A DNA stretch of 46,301 bases from an uncultured Candidatus Saccharibacteria bacterium (GTDB lineage: Bacteria > Patescibacteriota > UBA1384 > XYA2-FULL-43-10 > CAINNR01): contig CAZEVI010000002.1 of assembly GCA_964515615.1 (NCBI GenBank), positions 1 through 46,301 of the forward strand, written 5' to 3'. Each line of letters opens with the position of its first letter. The stretch's first letter is position 1. This document shows, piece after piece, positions 1 through 8,670 of this stretch. The position numbers and the translations under genes are program-made. Under the pieces are notes generated by a model. The model was not told the DNA's origin. It worked only from the letters and a program-made list of their open reading frames with translations, and searched no databases.

Positions 1-74
1 GGACAGCCGTCGCCGTAAAAAAGAATAATTTGATCTGCTGATTGGCTTTCCTCCGTTACCGTTTCGTTTATTGG

Positions 75-134
75 AATAATACAAATCGGGGACGCTCCCA
101 AATAATACAAATCGGGGACGCTCCCAATACAAAG
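75..134. repeat. Tandem 26-bp direct repeat: 2 full copies (75-100, 101-126) plus a partial third, each carrying GGGGACGCTCCC
   Basis: AATAATACAAATCGGGGACGCTCCCA read twice back to back, followed by ATACAAAG. Confidence 0.9.
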
Positions 135-175
135 CTATATTTGCAATAAGAGCCGTTTTGTCATAGAATTTAGTT

Positions 176-692
176 ATGCCAAGACACCCAAGGTTTCTTC
201 CGCCTGATAACTATTATCACATTATGAATCGTGGCAATAATCACATGCCGATTTTTGCTTGTGTAGAAGATTATCAATTCTATTTAAATTTTTTTGCTTG
301 GCTTAAAATTGAGCATCCTTTTGAGCTCTATCATTATTGCTTAATGGCAACTCATATTCACTTGTTAGTTAAGATTAATAAAAACTCCGATTTTTCTAAT
401 TTTTCAAAACGATTAAATTTATGTTACTCCTCATATTTTAAAAGAAATTATGGTACGTTGGGGGCATTTTTAGCAGGGAAGATTCAAAAGTCAATTAATA
501 AGTGATGGCGCATATTTTATTCAGTGTGGCAAATACATCGAGTTAAACCCTGTTAATGCTGGAATAACGGAGTTGCCGGAAAAATATCCTTGGTCAAGTT
601 GTCGATATTACTCCATGGGTGAAGAAAACAGTCTTTTAACTGAAGATATTTTTTATCAAGATTTGGGCGTTGATTTAAATAAAGGGAAGTGA
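176..692 (+). pseudogene. IS200/IS605-type Y1 (RAYT-like) transposase, disrupted
   Basis: N-terminal ORF 176-505 has YHIMNRGN and HIHLLV motifs. The C-terminal half (GHF*QGRFKSQLISDGAYFIQCGKYIELNPVNAG...YPWSS) continues in another frame to TGA 690-692. It needs a frameshift near 455-462 and reads TAG (471-473) where the conserved Trp of HLWQGRF is expected. Confidence 0.7.
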
Positions 693-848
693 AATTGTAA
701 GGATTTGATGATAGAGATGTATGTTGTCGAAGAAATAGATAAGGATGATGTTGGTCGTGCTTGGAAGTAAAGTATATTTACAATTCCAATAGGAAGGCAA
801 AATACCATGAAATAAACAAAAATAGTTCTTATCGCAAAAGATGTACTT

Positions 849-963
849 AATTGGGGAGCGTCCCCAACATCACCAACATCACAACCCAACATCACAACAC
901 CCAACATCACAACATCACATAATTGGGGAGCGTCCCCAACACCCAACATCACACCAACATCAC
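849..963. repeat. Two copies of AATTGGGGAGCGTCCCCAACA (849-869, 921-941; 7-bp stem TTGGGGA/TCCCCAA, loop GCG) interleaved with 7 copies of octamer AACATCAC
   Basis: Direct reading. The core GGGAGCGTCCCC is the reverse complement of the core in the 75-126 repeats. Confidence 0.9.
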
Positions 964-978
964 GTCCCCCCAGCGTCA

Positions 979-1007
979 TTGTTTTTTTGCTCTGAGCGTG
1001 ATATAAT
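979..1007 (+). promoter_or_regulatory. Sigma70-like promoter for infB (TTGTTT-N17-TATAAT with TGn extension)
   Basis: -35 at 979-984, TG at 999-1000, -10 at 1002-1007, only 8 nt before the infB ATG. Confidence 0.45.
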
Positions 1008-1015
1008 TAAAAGCG

Positions 1016-2875
1016 ATGGCATTTAAAAAACGAAAACTCTCAAAGAAAGAAACCAAAGCTGCGGCAAAATTGCCAGCTTTTGTTGAACGCGATACAACAG
1101 ATATTGCCGATACCACGCCAAAAGCCAAAAAGAAAACTTATCTTCCCGAGGTTGTTTCGGTTAAGGATTTTGCTGACATTTCCGGACTTCCGGTAACCGA
1201 AATCATTGGTCAACTTATAAAAAATGGTGTTCTGGCAAATATAAATGAGAACATTGATTTTGAAACCGCGCAAATAGTTGGCGATGATTTTGGATTAGAA
1301 GTTTTGCCAAAAGATGCTCAAACTGAGGAATTTTCTGAAAAGGCGCAAGTATCGGACTCCAAAACCCTGGAAACCCGACCGCCGGTAGTTTCGATAATGG
1401 GTCATGTTGATCACGGCAAAACTTCGCTTTTGGATAAAATCCGCGAAACTCACGTCGCCGCCGGCGAATCGGGTGGAATTACCCAGCATATTTCCGCTTA
1501 TGAAATTGACATTCCTGACTCTGAAGATAAATCAAAAAAAAGATCGATTACATTTATTGATACTCCCGGCCACTCAGCTTTTTCAGCCATGCGTTCTCAC
1601 GGTGCTTCAATTGCCGATATTGTTATATTAATAGTAGCCGCCGATGATGGTGTAATGCCTCAGACAAAAGAAGTTATTGAGCAATCCAAGTTACAGAATG
1701 TACCGATTATTGTCGCAATTAACAAAACAGATTTGCCAAATGCCGATGTGATGAAAATTCGCCAACAACTTTCTGAATATGAGTTGATCGGCGAAGATTG
1801 GGGTGGAAAAACCACTATTATTGAAATTTCCGCCAAAACCGGCATTGGTGTTGATCAACTTTTGGAGATGATTCTTTTACAAGCCGATTTGATGGATTTA
1901 AAAGCCGACCCAAGAGTTCCAGCAACCGGAATTGTAATTGAATCGCACATTCATAAAGGAGCTGGTGCTTTGGCTGTAATTTTGATTGAAAACGGAAGTT
2001 TAAAAATTGGTGATTCGGTGGCTATTGGTCCGGTATACGGCAAAGTCCGAATTTTAGAAAACTGGATGGGGCAATCAATATCCGTTGCCGGTCCAAGCAC
2101 GCCGGTTCGAGTTGCCGGTTTGAAATCTCTGCCGAATTTTGCCGAGCGGTTGGTGGCGTTCGAGTCGGAGAAAGAAGCAAAAACTGCTGCAAAGAATTTT
2201 TCCGAAAGAAATATTACGCGTCGCTATATTGCAAAATCGGTCAGCAAGGGCGATTCCGATATTGTCGAATTAAATTTAATAGTAAAATCTGATGTCGCTG
2301 GATCGCTGGAAGCGATCAAAAAAACACTTTCCGAAATTTCCAATCCCGGGCTTAAAATAAAAATTATTTCAGAAGGTGTTGGTCCGGTCTCTGAGTCCGA
2401 TGCCGCCATGGCAGCTGCAACCGGTGCCCTAATTTTAGCTTTTAGAATTGCAATTTCGCTACCGGCAAAGAAAATTATCGACAAAGAAAAAATTCAAGCA
2501 ATTGAATATCAAGTAATTTATGAACTGGTTGACGATGTCAAACGAATTTTGGAAAAGATGTTGCCACCGATTATTAAAGAAAATGAAATCGGAAAGGGCA
2601 AAATTCTGGTTGAGTTTCGCAATAATAAAAAAGGCGTGGTAATTGGTTTTCGTGTCGATGAAGGAGAATTTCGAGTCGGTGAAATGGTCAAGGTTATTTC
2701 AAATAGCGAAGAAATTTGGCGCGGAAAGATTAACTCTCTTCGTCGAGAAAAGGATCAGGTTTCTTCAATCTCCTCTGGCACAGAAGCCGGAATCGGTTTG
2801 GATGCCGGCGCAAAATATTCAGTTGGCGATAAAATAGTTGCCTTTAGCATTGAAGAAATTCCGCAAAAATTATAA
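1016..2875 (+). CDS. infB: Translation initiation factor IF-2
   Basis: 619-aa ORF; G-domain motifs [18 protein letters not shown]; IF2-type C-terminal domains; TAA stop. Confidence 0.95.
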   Translation: MAFKKRKLSKKETKAAAKLPAFVERDTTDIADTTPKAKKKTYLPEVVSVKDFADISGLPVTEIIGQLIKNGVLANINENIDFETAQIVGDDFGLEVLPKDAQTEEFSEKAQVSDSKTLETRPPVVSIMGHVDHGKTSLLDKIRETHVAAGESGGITQHISAYEIDIPDSEDKSKKRSITFIDTPGHSAFSAMRSHGASIADIVILIVAADDGVMPQTKEVIEQSKLQNVPIIVAINKTDLPNADVMKIRQQLSEYELIGEDWGGKTTIIEISAKTGIGVDQLLEMILLQADLMDLKADPRVPATGIVIESHIHKGAGALAVILIENGSLKIGDSVAIGPVYGKVRILENWMGQSISVAGPSTPVRVAGLKSLPNFAERLVAFESEKEAKTAAKNFSERNITRRYIAKSVSKGDSDIVELNLIVKSDVAGSLEAIKKTLSEISNPGLKIKIISEGVGPVSESDAAMAAATGALILAFRIAISLPAKKIIDKEKIQAIEYQVIYELVDDVKRILEKMLPPIIKENEIGKGKILVEFRNNKKGVVIGFRVDEGEFRVGEMVKVISNSEEIWRGKINSLRREKDQVSSISSGTEAGIGLDAGAKYSVGDKIVAFSIEEIPQKL

Positions 2876-3041
2876 AAATATTTTTTTGGTTAGAACAATT
2901 GAAGTAGAAATCATTTACCGTAAACGAAAAATCATTGCAAAACACGTTTAAATGAAAAATTTATCAATCAAAAATTTATAACAAAGCAAATTATTGTTAA
3001 AATTATTGTTATAATGGTTATAGCTAAAAGGAGAGGGGAAT

Positions 3042-3914
3042 TTGTTAGTGATTGCATCACAACTTACGTCCGTCTGGGGTAAAATTGTTTATTTCCTTTT
3101 AGGGTTGCGAGTCAATTTTGCGCCGACTGTTTTTATCGACATTGCAATTGTCGCTTTTTTGTTTTATTGGATTTATCTGTTTTTGCGCGAAACTCGGGCT
3201 TTGCGAATTCTATATGGTTTTCTAATTCTAGTTTTGGCAATGTTAATTGCTAAAATATTCAATCTGATATTACTTAATTTTTTATTACGCTATTTAACAA
3301 CAGCATTAATTGTTGCAATTCCAATAGTTTTTCAGCCGGAATTGCGACAGGTTTTGGAAAAGATTGGTCGGCCACGGTTCTGGACTGACATTCAATTAAC
3401 TCGCGACAATTTCTCTAATTTGCTTAATGAAATTGTACTGGCCACCGAGCAATTTTCAAAACAAAAAGTCGGCGCTTTAATTATTATCCAACGATCTACC
3501 GGACTTCGAGAATATATCGAAAATGGTATTCGAATTGATGCAAAAGTTTCTGCCGGACTTTTAAATTCCATTTTCTTTCCAAAATCTCCGCTTCACGATG
3601 GCGCCGTAATTATAATCGGCCGGCGAATTTTGTCAGCTTCGTCAATATTGCCAGTTGCCGAAATTGATGCCGGCAGAAATTTGGGAACTCGGCATCGAGC
3701 GGCAATTGGCGTGACTCAAGTTTCCGATGCGGTTGCTGTTGTCGTATCCGAAGAAACCGGCTCAATATCCATTGCCGTTAGCGGCGAATTGGAGCGAAGA
3801 ATTACCTCTGACCGATTACGAAGCCGATTGTATCGGCTACTGCGAAAAAATGTTAAACCCCCATCAAGAAAATTATTTTTCTGGCCGCTTAAGAAAAAAG
3901 AGGAAGATAAATGA
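3042..3914 (+). CDS. cdaA: Diadenylate cyclase CdaA (DisA_N/DAC domain, membrane anchored)
   Basis: Hydrophobic N-terminus, then HDGAVII, RHRAAIG, VVSEETGSISIA; SD AAGGAGAGGGG before the TTG/GTG start; stop overlaps the next ATG (ATGA). Confidence 0.9.
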   Translation: MLVIASQLTSVWGKIVYFLLGLRVNFAPTVFIDIAIVAFLFYWIYLFLRETRALRILYGFLILVLAMLIAKIFNLILLNFLLRYLTTALIVAIPIVFQPELRQVLEKIGRPRFWTDIQLTRDNFSNLLNEIVLATEQFSKQKVGALIIIQRSTGLREYIENGIRIDAKVSAGLLNSIFFPKSPLHDGAVIIIGRRILSASSILPVAEIDAGRNLGTRHRAAIGVTQVSDAVAVVVSEETGSISIAVSGELERRITSDRLRSRLYRLLRKNVKPPSRKLFFWPLKKKEEDK

Positions 3915-5116
3915 AATTTTTGAAATTCATCACCAATAACTGGCCGATAAAATTATTGGCAGTTTTCGCTGCACTAGGATTATGGGCTTATGCCGCTTCG
4001 GTCAAAATTTCCGTTGCCACATTTCCAAATGATATTCCAATAAAAGCGCTAAATCTAACGCCCGGTTTTGTGGCGATTTTCGATCAAGATACGGTAAAAA
4101 TCAGCATTTCAGCCGCGTCGGACACATGGAATCAACTATCAACTGATTCATTTTCCGCATACATAGATTTAAACGGTTATTCTGTCGGAACCTACCAAAT
4201 ACCGATCAACATCACCACTTCTGTATCCGGTGTTTTAATTATCTCTCGTGATCCGTTAAATGCGACGGTTACAATTGAGCCATCAATTTCCAAAGATGTT
4301 TCAGTAGTTGCTAAAATTTCCGGTGAAGCGGCAGAAAATATGATTGTCAGCAACGCCGTGTTTGATCCACAAACCGTTCGAGTAACCGGTCCGAAATCAG
4401 CAATTGATAGTTTAAGCCAAGCGACAGCAGAAATAATTTTATCCGGTGAAAGTAGTGATTTTAGTAATTCGGTTACCGTTTCTGCCTTAAACCAATCCGG
4501 CGGCGAGATACAAAATGTATATTTCGCTCCAATGAAGGTGATGGCCGAGGTAAAAATTGTTTCAGCCGGAAATGTTAAAAATCTTGGCATTTCAGTTGAC
4601 ACAAAGGGGTCTCCGGCCGATGGATTTTACATTTCCTCAATCTCAACAAATCCGGCGACAATTTCGGTTGTTGGCGCAGCTAATTCTGTTCGGAATTTAA
4701 ACACAATATCAACAGTTCCAATTGATATTACTAATTTGAGTCAAACCCTTTCTGGAACTTATGCTCTGATTTTTCCGCTTGGCGTTCAATCAAATGGCAC
4801 TAATAAAGTATCTGTAACTATCACCGTCAGTAATCAGACCATAAATCGAACACTTTCAATTCCGATAAAAACCCCAAATATTCCGAGTGGTTTGTCCGTC
4901 TCTTCAATTACACCGCCAACTGTTCTGACCACTGTTTCCGGCCCGATCAATACCATTAACAGTATCGGCATCAGCGATATTTCACTATCGATTGATCTTT
5001 CGACGGCTGTTTCCGGCAATCATGATCATAAAATTTCTTCCGACGATTTTACTCTGTCGGATAACATTAAATTAATCAATTTTACCCCATCTACTGTTAC
5101 TATTTCGTTAAAGTGA
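3911..5116 (+). CDS. cdaR: YbbR-domain regulator of CdaA (CdaR)
   Basis: N-terminal TM segment followed by repeated beta-rich YbbR-like modules; translationally coupled to cdaA. Confidence 0.8.
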   Translation: MKFLKFITNNWPIKLLAVFAALGLWAYAASVKISVATFPNDIPIKALNLTPGFVAIFDQDTVKISISAASDTWNQLSTDSFSAYIDLNGYSVGTYQIPINITTSVSGVLIISRDPLNATVTIEPSISKDVSVVAKISGEAAENMIVSNAVFDPQTVRVTGPKSAIDSLSQATAEIILSGESSDFSNSVTVSALNQSGGEIQNVYFAPMKVMAEVKIVSAGNVKNLGISVDTKGSPADGFYISSISTNPATISVVGAANSVRNLNTISTVPIDITNLSQTLSGTYALIFPLGVQSNGTNKVSVTITVSNQTINRTLSIPIKTPNIPSGLSVSSITPPTVLTTVSGPINTINSIGISDISLSIDLSTAVSGNHDHKISSDDFTLSDNIKLINFTPSTVTISLK

Positions 5117-5150
5117 ACCAAATAAATTTCATTCAAAACTAAAAAAGTCC

Positions 5151-5179
5151 TTGACAAGTTTTTATATGGTTGATAAACT
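5151..5179 (+). promoter_or_regulatory. Sigma70-like promoter (TTGACA-N17-TAAACT, TGn extended)
   Basis: TTGACA 5151-5156, TG 5171-5172, TAAACT 5174-5179, upstream of the LysM-CHAP gene. Confidence 0.55.
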
Positions 5180-5271
5180 CACTGTTGTCTATAAAATCGT
5201 CAAATAAATTTTAGCTTCTCTTAATTAACTTAATTTATATTTGGCGAAGGTCAAGGAGGACCATTATAGCC

Positions 5272-6402
5272 TTGTTTTCGAACGATGAACCTCCGCTTAC
5301 AACGGAGAAATCCAAAATAAAAAAAACGGGGAAAAACTCTCTGCAAGCCAAGCTAACAAAACTTGCAAAGACAGCAAAAATTAAAAACCATTTTAAACTT
5401 TTCAATCAATTCTTAGCTTTCTGGTCACTTGGCATAAATTATGCAATGCTGGCCAAGGTTGCTGTAAATGCAACAAACAGAATTAAATCAGCCAAGAATT
5501 TTATAGTTGAGCAACGATTAGTGCCACATTTTCTAATTGTCGCATTTGGGTTGCTTGTTGCGCTGTGTAACGTTTTGGTTGCTCGCGGTGCCAATAATTT
5601 ATATGACCTAATTCCGGCTGATCCCTCGAGCCAAATTGCCATTGCTACCTCAATTTCAAAATATACACCATTAATTTCGAATGGCTCAGTCGCTGTCGAA
5701 CAAGCAGTGTCTAAGACGGCCGACCCAAATAGCGGAGTTTTTATCGCCACAGCTAAACTGACCTCAACTGAAGTTACCACCCCAGATCCGAAGCCGGCGA
5801 CCCAAGAATCAGCCGGCCCGCGCGAAAAAAATATCTATTATACTGTTCAAGGTGGAGATACTCTCTCCGGTTTGAGTATGCGTTTTAACGTTAAAATTAG
5901 CTCGCTGCAATTTGCCAATAATTTGTCAAATATCGATATGATTCGCCCGGGTGATAACTTGAAAATTCCGCCGGATGGATGGGAACCGAGCGCATCACAG
6001 GTTGCCGCTGCTAATGCCAAAAAGAAAACTAGTACCTTGACTGGCACAAGTAAAAGTTCAAACGGAATTGTTGTCAATTTAAAATCCGGTAGTAAATCAA
6101 ATGGTTATCCGTATGGATATTGTACTTATTATGTCGCTGCTCGTAGGGCAGTCCCGACAAGTTGGGGAAATGCCGGTCAATGGCTTTACAGCGCTCAACG
6201 CGCGGGATACGCAACCGGACGAGCACCAGTTTCCGGCGCAATTATGGTCACTCGTGAATCATGGTGGGGGCATGTTGCCTTTGTCGAATCGGTTTCCGGC
6301 GGTTCGTTTACAGTTTCCGAGATGAATTATGCAGGTTGGGGTGTTGTTTCACACAGAACTATATCAGTCGGGAGTGGTGTTATTAAAGGATTTATATATT
6401 AA
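5272..6402 (+). CDS. Membrane-anchored LysM + CHAP peptidoglycan hydrolase
   Basis: TM segment; LysM motif YTVQGGDTLSGLSMRFNV...IRPGDNLKIP; CHAP C-terminus with GYCTYYVA (Cys) and WGHVAFVE (His); SD AAGGAGGA, TTG start. Confidence 0.85.
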   Translation: MFSNDEPPLTTEKSKIKKTGKNSLQAKLTKLAKTAKIKNHFKLFNQFLAFWSLGINYAMLAKVAVNATNRIKSAKNFIVEQRLVPHFLIVAFGLLVALCNVLVARGANNLYDLIPADPSSQIAIATSISKYTPLISNGSVAVEQAVSKTADPNSGVFIATAKLTSTEVTTPDPKPATQESAGPREKNIYYTVQGGDTLSGLSMRFNVKISSLQFANNLSNIDMIRPGDNLKIPPDGWEPSASQVAAANAKKKTSTLTGTSKSSNGIVVNLKSGSKSNGYPYGYCTYYVAARRAVPTSWGNAGQWLYSAQRAGYATGRAPVSGAIMVTRESWWGHVAFVESVSGGSFTVSEMNYAGWGVVSHRTISVGSGVIKGFIY

Positions 6403-6474
6403 ATTTTGCAATCGTGATATGCACTTGATTCAAGCAGAAAATCCCTGCAATACTTTTTTATATTAAAAAAATAT

Positions 6475-6514
6475 TTTGACCGATTTGTTAGCATGTGCGC
6501 AAAAATCGGTCAAA
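6475..6514. repeat. 12-bp perfect inverted repeat TTTGACCGATTT / AAATCGGTCAAA with a 16-nt spacer
   Basis: Read directly. Lies about 70 nt after the CHAP gene stop, with no clear T-tract on the + strand. Confidence 0.8.
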
Positions 6515-6597
6515 TTAATATTAGGAAATAATAAAGTTCAGAAAATCGTATTGGGAAGAGAACCGTCCCCATATTTACATATTTACTTTTTTGTTTT

Positions 6598-6618
6598 AAA
6601 AAACCGCCAAATCGGCGG
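6598..6618 (-). terminator. Rho-independent terminator of minus-strand gene 6650-7060
   Basis: Hairpin CCGCC-AAATC-GGCGG (6604-6618), followed on the minus strand by a T-run (plus-strand A-run 6598-6603). Confidence 0.65.
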
Positions 6619-6649
6619 ATTGGTGTGAAAGTAATTCAGTTTGAGAACT

Positions 6650-7060
6650 TTAGTGAGAATCATCGTTTATGGCAATCGATGCTTTTGCTGCCTGTGTCGC
6701 TAGATTTTGGGCTGCTATTTTTTCGTTTGATGTGCGATTTAAAATATAATCGACAACCCGTTGGTGATGACCCCAGATTGCCAGTTCGATTTTTGCATCA
6801 AACTTACAGGGACAAGCAAAAACAATCTGTTGTTGGGAGAAAGTAAACCAAGGGATTGAATATTGATGAATTACATACTTGTCCGGATGCAAATTGATTT
6901 TTTGTTTGAGTTCTTCGAAATATTCAGATATTTTCGAAATGTGTATTCTTTTACATGCTGTACATACAATCAATCCCACTGGATCCTCAGACATTGCTTC
7001 GAAAAATTCCGGAGTGACTTTGTCGCCTTCTCCGGCGAAAACTGGAAATTTCTGGTTCAT
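6650..7060 (-). CDS. Hypothetical protein, 136 aa, with CxxC and CPC cysteine pairs
   Basis: The internal ATG at 7060 has SD AAGGAG (7069-7074), so the longer track ORF start at 7126 is unlikely. Own terminator. No family recognised. Confidence 0.6.
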   Translation of the reverse strand: MNQKFPVFAGEGDKVTPEFFEAMSEDPVGLIVCTACKRIHISKISEYFEELKQKINLHPDKYVIHQYSIPWFTFSQQQIVFACPCKFDAKIELAIWGHHQRVVDYILNRTSNEKIAAQNLATQAAKASIAINDDSH

Positions 7061-7159
7061 GCTATCAACTCCTTTGACACGGTTTAACAACGATGCAAAT
7101 ATAGCAGTATTAAATACAGTTGTCAAAATAAAGATATTTATATTTTTTAGTAAATACTT

Positions 7160-7188
7160 TTCAAACTGTCAATTTCATGATTTAATAC
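7160..7188 (+). promoter_or_regulatory. Possible promoter for obg (TTCAAA-N17-TAATAC), 6 nt before the ATG
   Basis: Hexamers read in an AT-rich spacer; no SD before the obg ATG. Confidence 0.3.
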
Positions 7189-7194
7189 AAGTTA

Positions 7195-8163
7195 ATGACG
7201 GATGAGGTAATAATTCGAGTTAAAGCAGGAAAAGGCGGCGACGGAGCCGTTTCTTTTCTGCGCCAAAAATATCGACCAAAAGGCGGACCGGATGGTGGCG
7301 ACGGCGGTAATGGCGGTAGTATTATTTTCGTTGTAGACAATAATGTGAACACTCTAACTTTTTTTGATAGCCGCAAGTCTTTTAAGGCTGAGGATGGCGA
7401 AAATGGTACAGGCAAAAATATGCATGGCAAAGAAGCAGCGGATTTAACCCTTCTAGTCCCACAAGGCACAACTATTTCCGAAGATGGAAAAATAATTATT
7501 GACATGACAAAAGTCGGTCAATCTTTTGTGGCAATACGCGGTGGTAACGGTGGTTGGGGAAATCAGCATTTTGCCTCATCGATCAAACAAAAACCGCAGT
7601 GGTCAAAACTTGGGCTTCCGGGTGAAGAAAAAGAACTAAAGTTGGAGTTAAAATTGATCGCCGATGTCGGAATTGTCGGCTTGCCAAACGCCGGAAAATC
7701 AACACTTTTGTCGGTAATTTCCAATGCTCGGCCAAAAATTGCTGAATATCCGTTTACCACATTAGAGCCGAATTTGGGCGTCGTAAAAATATTTGATAAG
7801 GAATTCATCTTTGCCGACATTCCCGGGCTGATTTCCGGCGCGTCAGTTGGTCGAGGATTGGGAGATAAATTTCTAAAACACATTGAAAGAACAAAAGAGC
7901 TTCTGCTTATCATTTCGGCTGAGTCCGATGATCCGCTAGGGGATTATCGTGTTTTGCTGAAAGAGCTAAATGATTACTCGAAAATCTTAGCAAAAAAAAG
8001 AATCGTGGTGGCGATTTCAAAAGCTGAGATTATTGATGAGAAAAAAAAGAAAATTATCAGAAAGAATTTCAAGAAGGTTAAAATTACTCCAATATTTTTT
8101 TCGGCAGCAACCAATACAAATATTGACGGGTTACTGGAAGTTCTTTTTAAGCTACTCCAATAA
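7195..8163 (+). CDS. obg: GTPase Obg/CgtA
   Basis: Glycine-rich Obg fold (GKGGDGAVSF, GGPDGGDGGNGG); G-domain GLPNAGKST, DIPG. Confidence 0.95.
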   Translation: MTDEVIIRVKAGKGGDGAVSFLRQKYRPKGGPDGGDGGNGGSIIFVVDNNVNTLTFFDSRKSFKAEDGENGTGKNMHGKEAADLTLLVPQGTTISEDGKIIIDMTKVGQSFVAIRGGNGGWGNQHFASSIKQKPQWSKLGLPGEEKELKLELKLIADVGIVGLPNAGKSTLLSVISNARPKIAEYPFTTLEPNLGVVKIFDKEFIFADIPGLISGASVGRGLGDKFLKHIERTKELLLIISAESDDPLGDYRVLLKELNDYSKILAKKRIVVAISKAEIIDEKKKKIIRKNFKKVKITPIFFSAATNTNIDGLLEVLFKLLQ

Positions 8164-8352
8164 TTGTCGAAATATCGGTAATAAATATGGTATTAAAATT
8201 TTTAAATAATTTCCTATCGATAAATGGTGCTCGGTAATTTCTGCACACGTGCGTAAAAATCAGCTAAAATGTATTGATGAACAAATTCATGCAGGAAAAC
8301 ATCAAGATCTGAAAATAACGTTCAAAAGAAAATCGTCCCCTTGACTCGGTTG

Positions 8353-8380
8353 TTGACAAGATTAATCATCCGTGTATAAT
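8353..8380 (+). promoter_or_regulatory. Sigma70-like promoter P1 upstream of rpoB (TTGACA-N16-TATAAT)
   Basis: TTGACA 8353-8358, TATAAT 8375-8380. Confidence 0.5.
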
Positions 8381-8469
8381 TGTAAGTGTACTAAAAAATA
8401 AATGCAGAGGAATTTCTGCGTGGACAACGGATTTTTAAAAGGAGGAATATTTACTGCCAACTGGAGGGG

Positions 8470-8498
8470 TTGACAAATTTTTTGATGTTTGATAATAT
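8470..8498 (+). promoter_or_regulatory. Sigma70-like promoter P2 upstream of rpoB (TTGACA-N17-TAATAT)
   Basis: TTGACA 8470-8475, TAATAT 8493-8498. Confidence 0.5.
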
Positions 8499-8670
8499 TA
8501 ATTTGTAGAAAATAACCAAATTGTTAATGAGTTCTATCACATCGTAAAAGGGATTGGTTTTTAAGTGCCCAACAAAGGGCAAGTTTTTTGTGTTGGTAAA
8601 ACGAAATATTTAATTTATATCTAATTAGCCCGAAAATGGCTAAATAGAACTATATAAAAAGGAGAGATTA

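Larger units (their letters stand above)
75..963 (+). mobile_element. Degenerate REP/RAYT-like unit: hairpin repeats in inverted orientation flanking the disrupted Y1 transposase
   Basis: Inverted arrangement of the GGGGACGCTCCC (left) and GGGAGCGTCCCC (right) repeats around the transposase pseudogene. Confidence 0.5.

Noticed and set aside
75-963. CRISPR array
   Set aside because: Each repeat type has only two copies. The left pair is directly abutting with no spacer, and the right pair is separated by microsatellite sequence. No cas genes are present.
656-1026. Track ORFs 656-979 (-) and 841-1026 (+)
   Set aside because: Both are translations of the AACATCAC and hairpin repeat array (low-complexity HQHH or VMLG strings), with no SD. 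They are repeat artefacts.
5180-5271. c-di-AMP (ydaO-type) riboswitch upstream of the LysM-CHAP hydrolase
   Set aside because: The leader is only about 90 nt, AT-rich, and lacks the extended pseudo-symmetric GC-containing helices expected for that class.
7053-7069. 17-nt identity with 36274-36290 as evidence of a shared mobile or regulatory element
   Set aside because: A single exact 17-mer match in a 46-kb AT-rich window is not far from chance expectation, and the flanks and encoded proteins show no further similarity. I kept it only as a note under the orphan gene.
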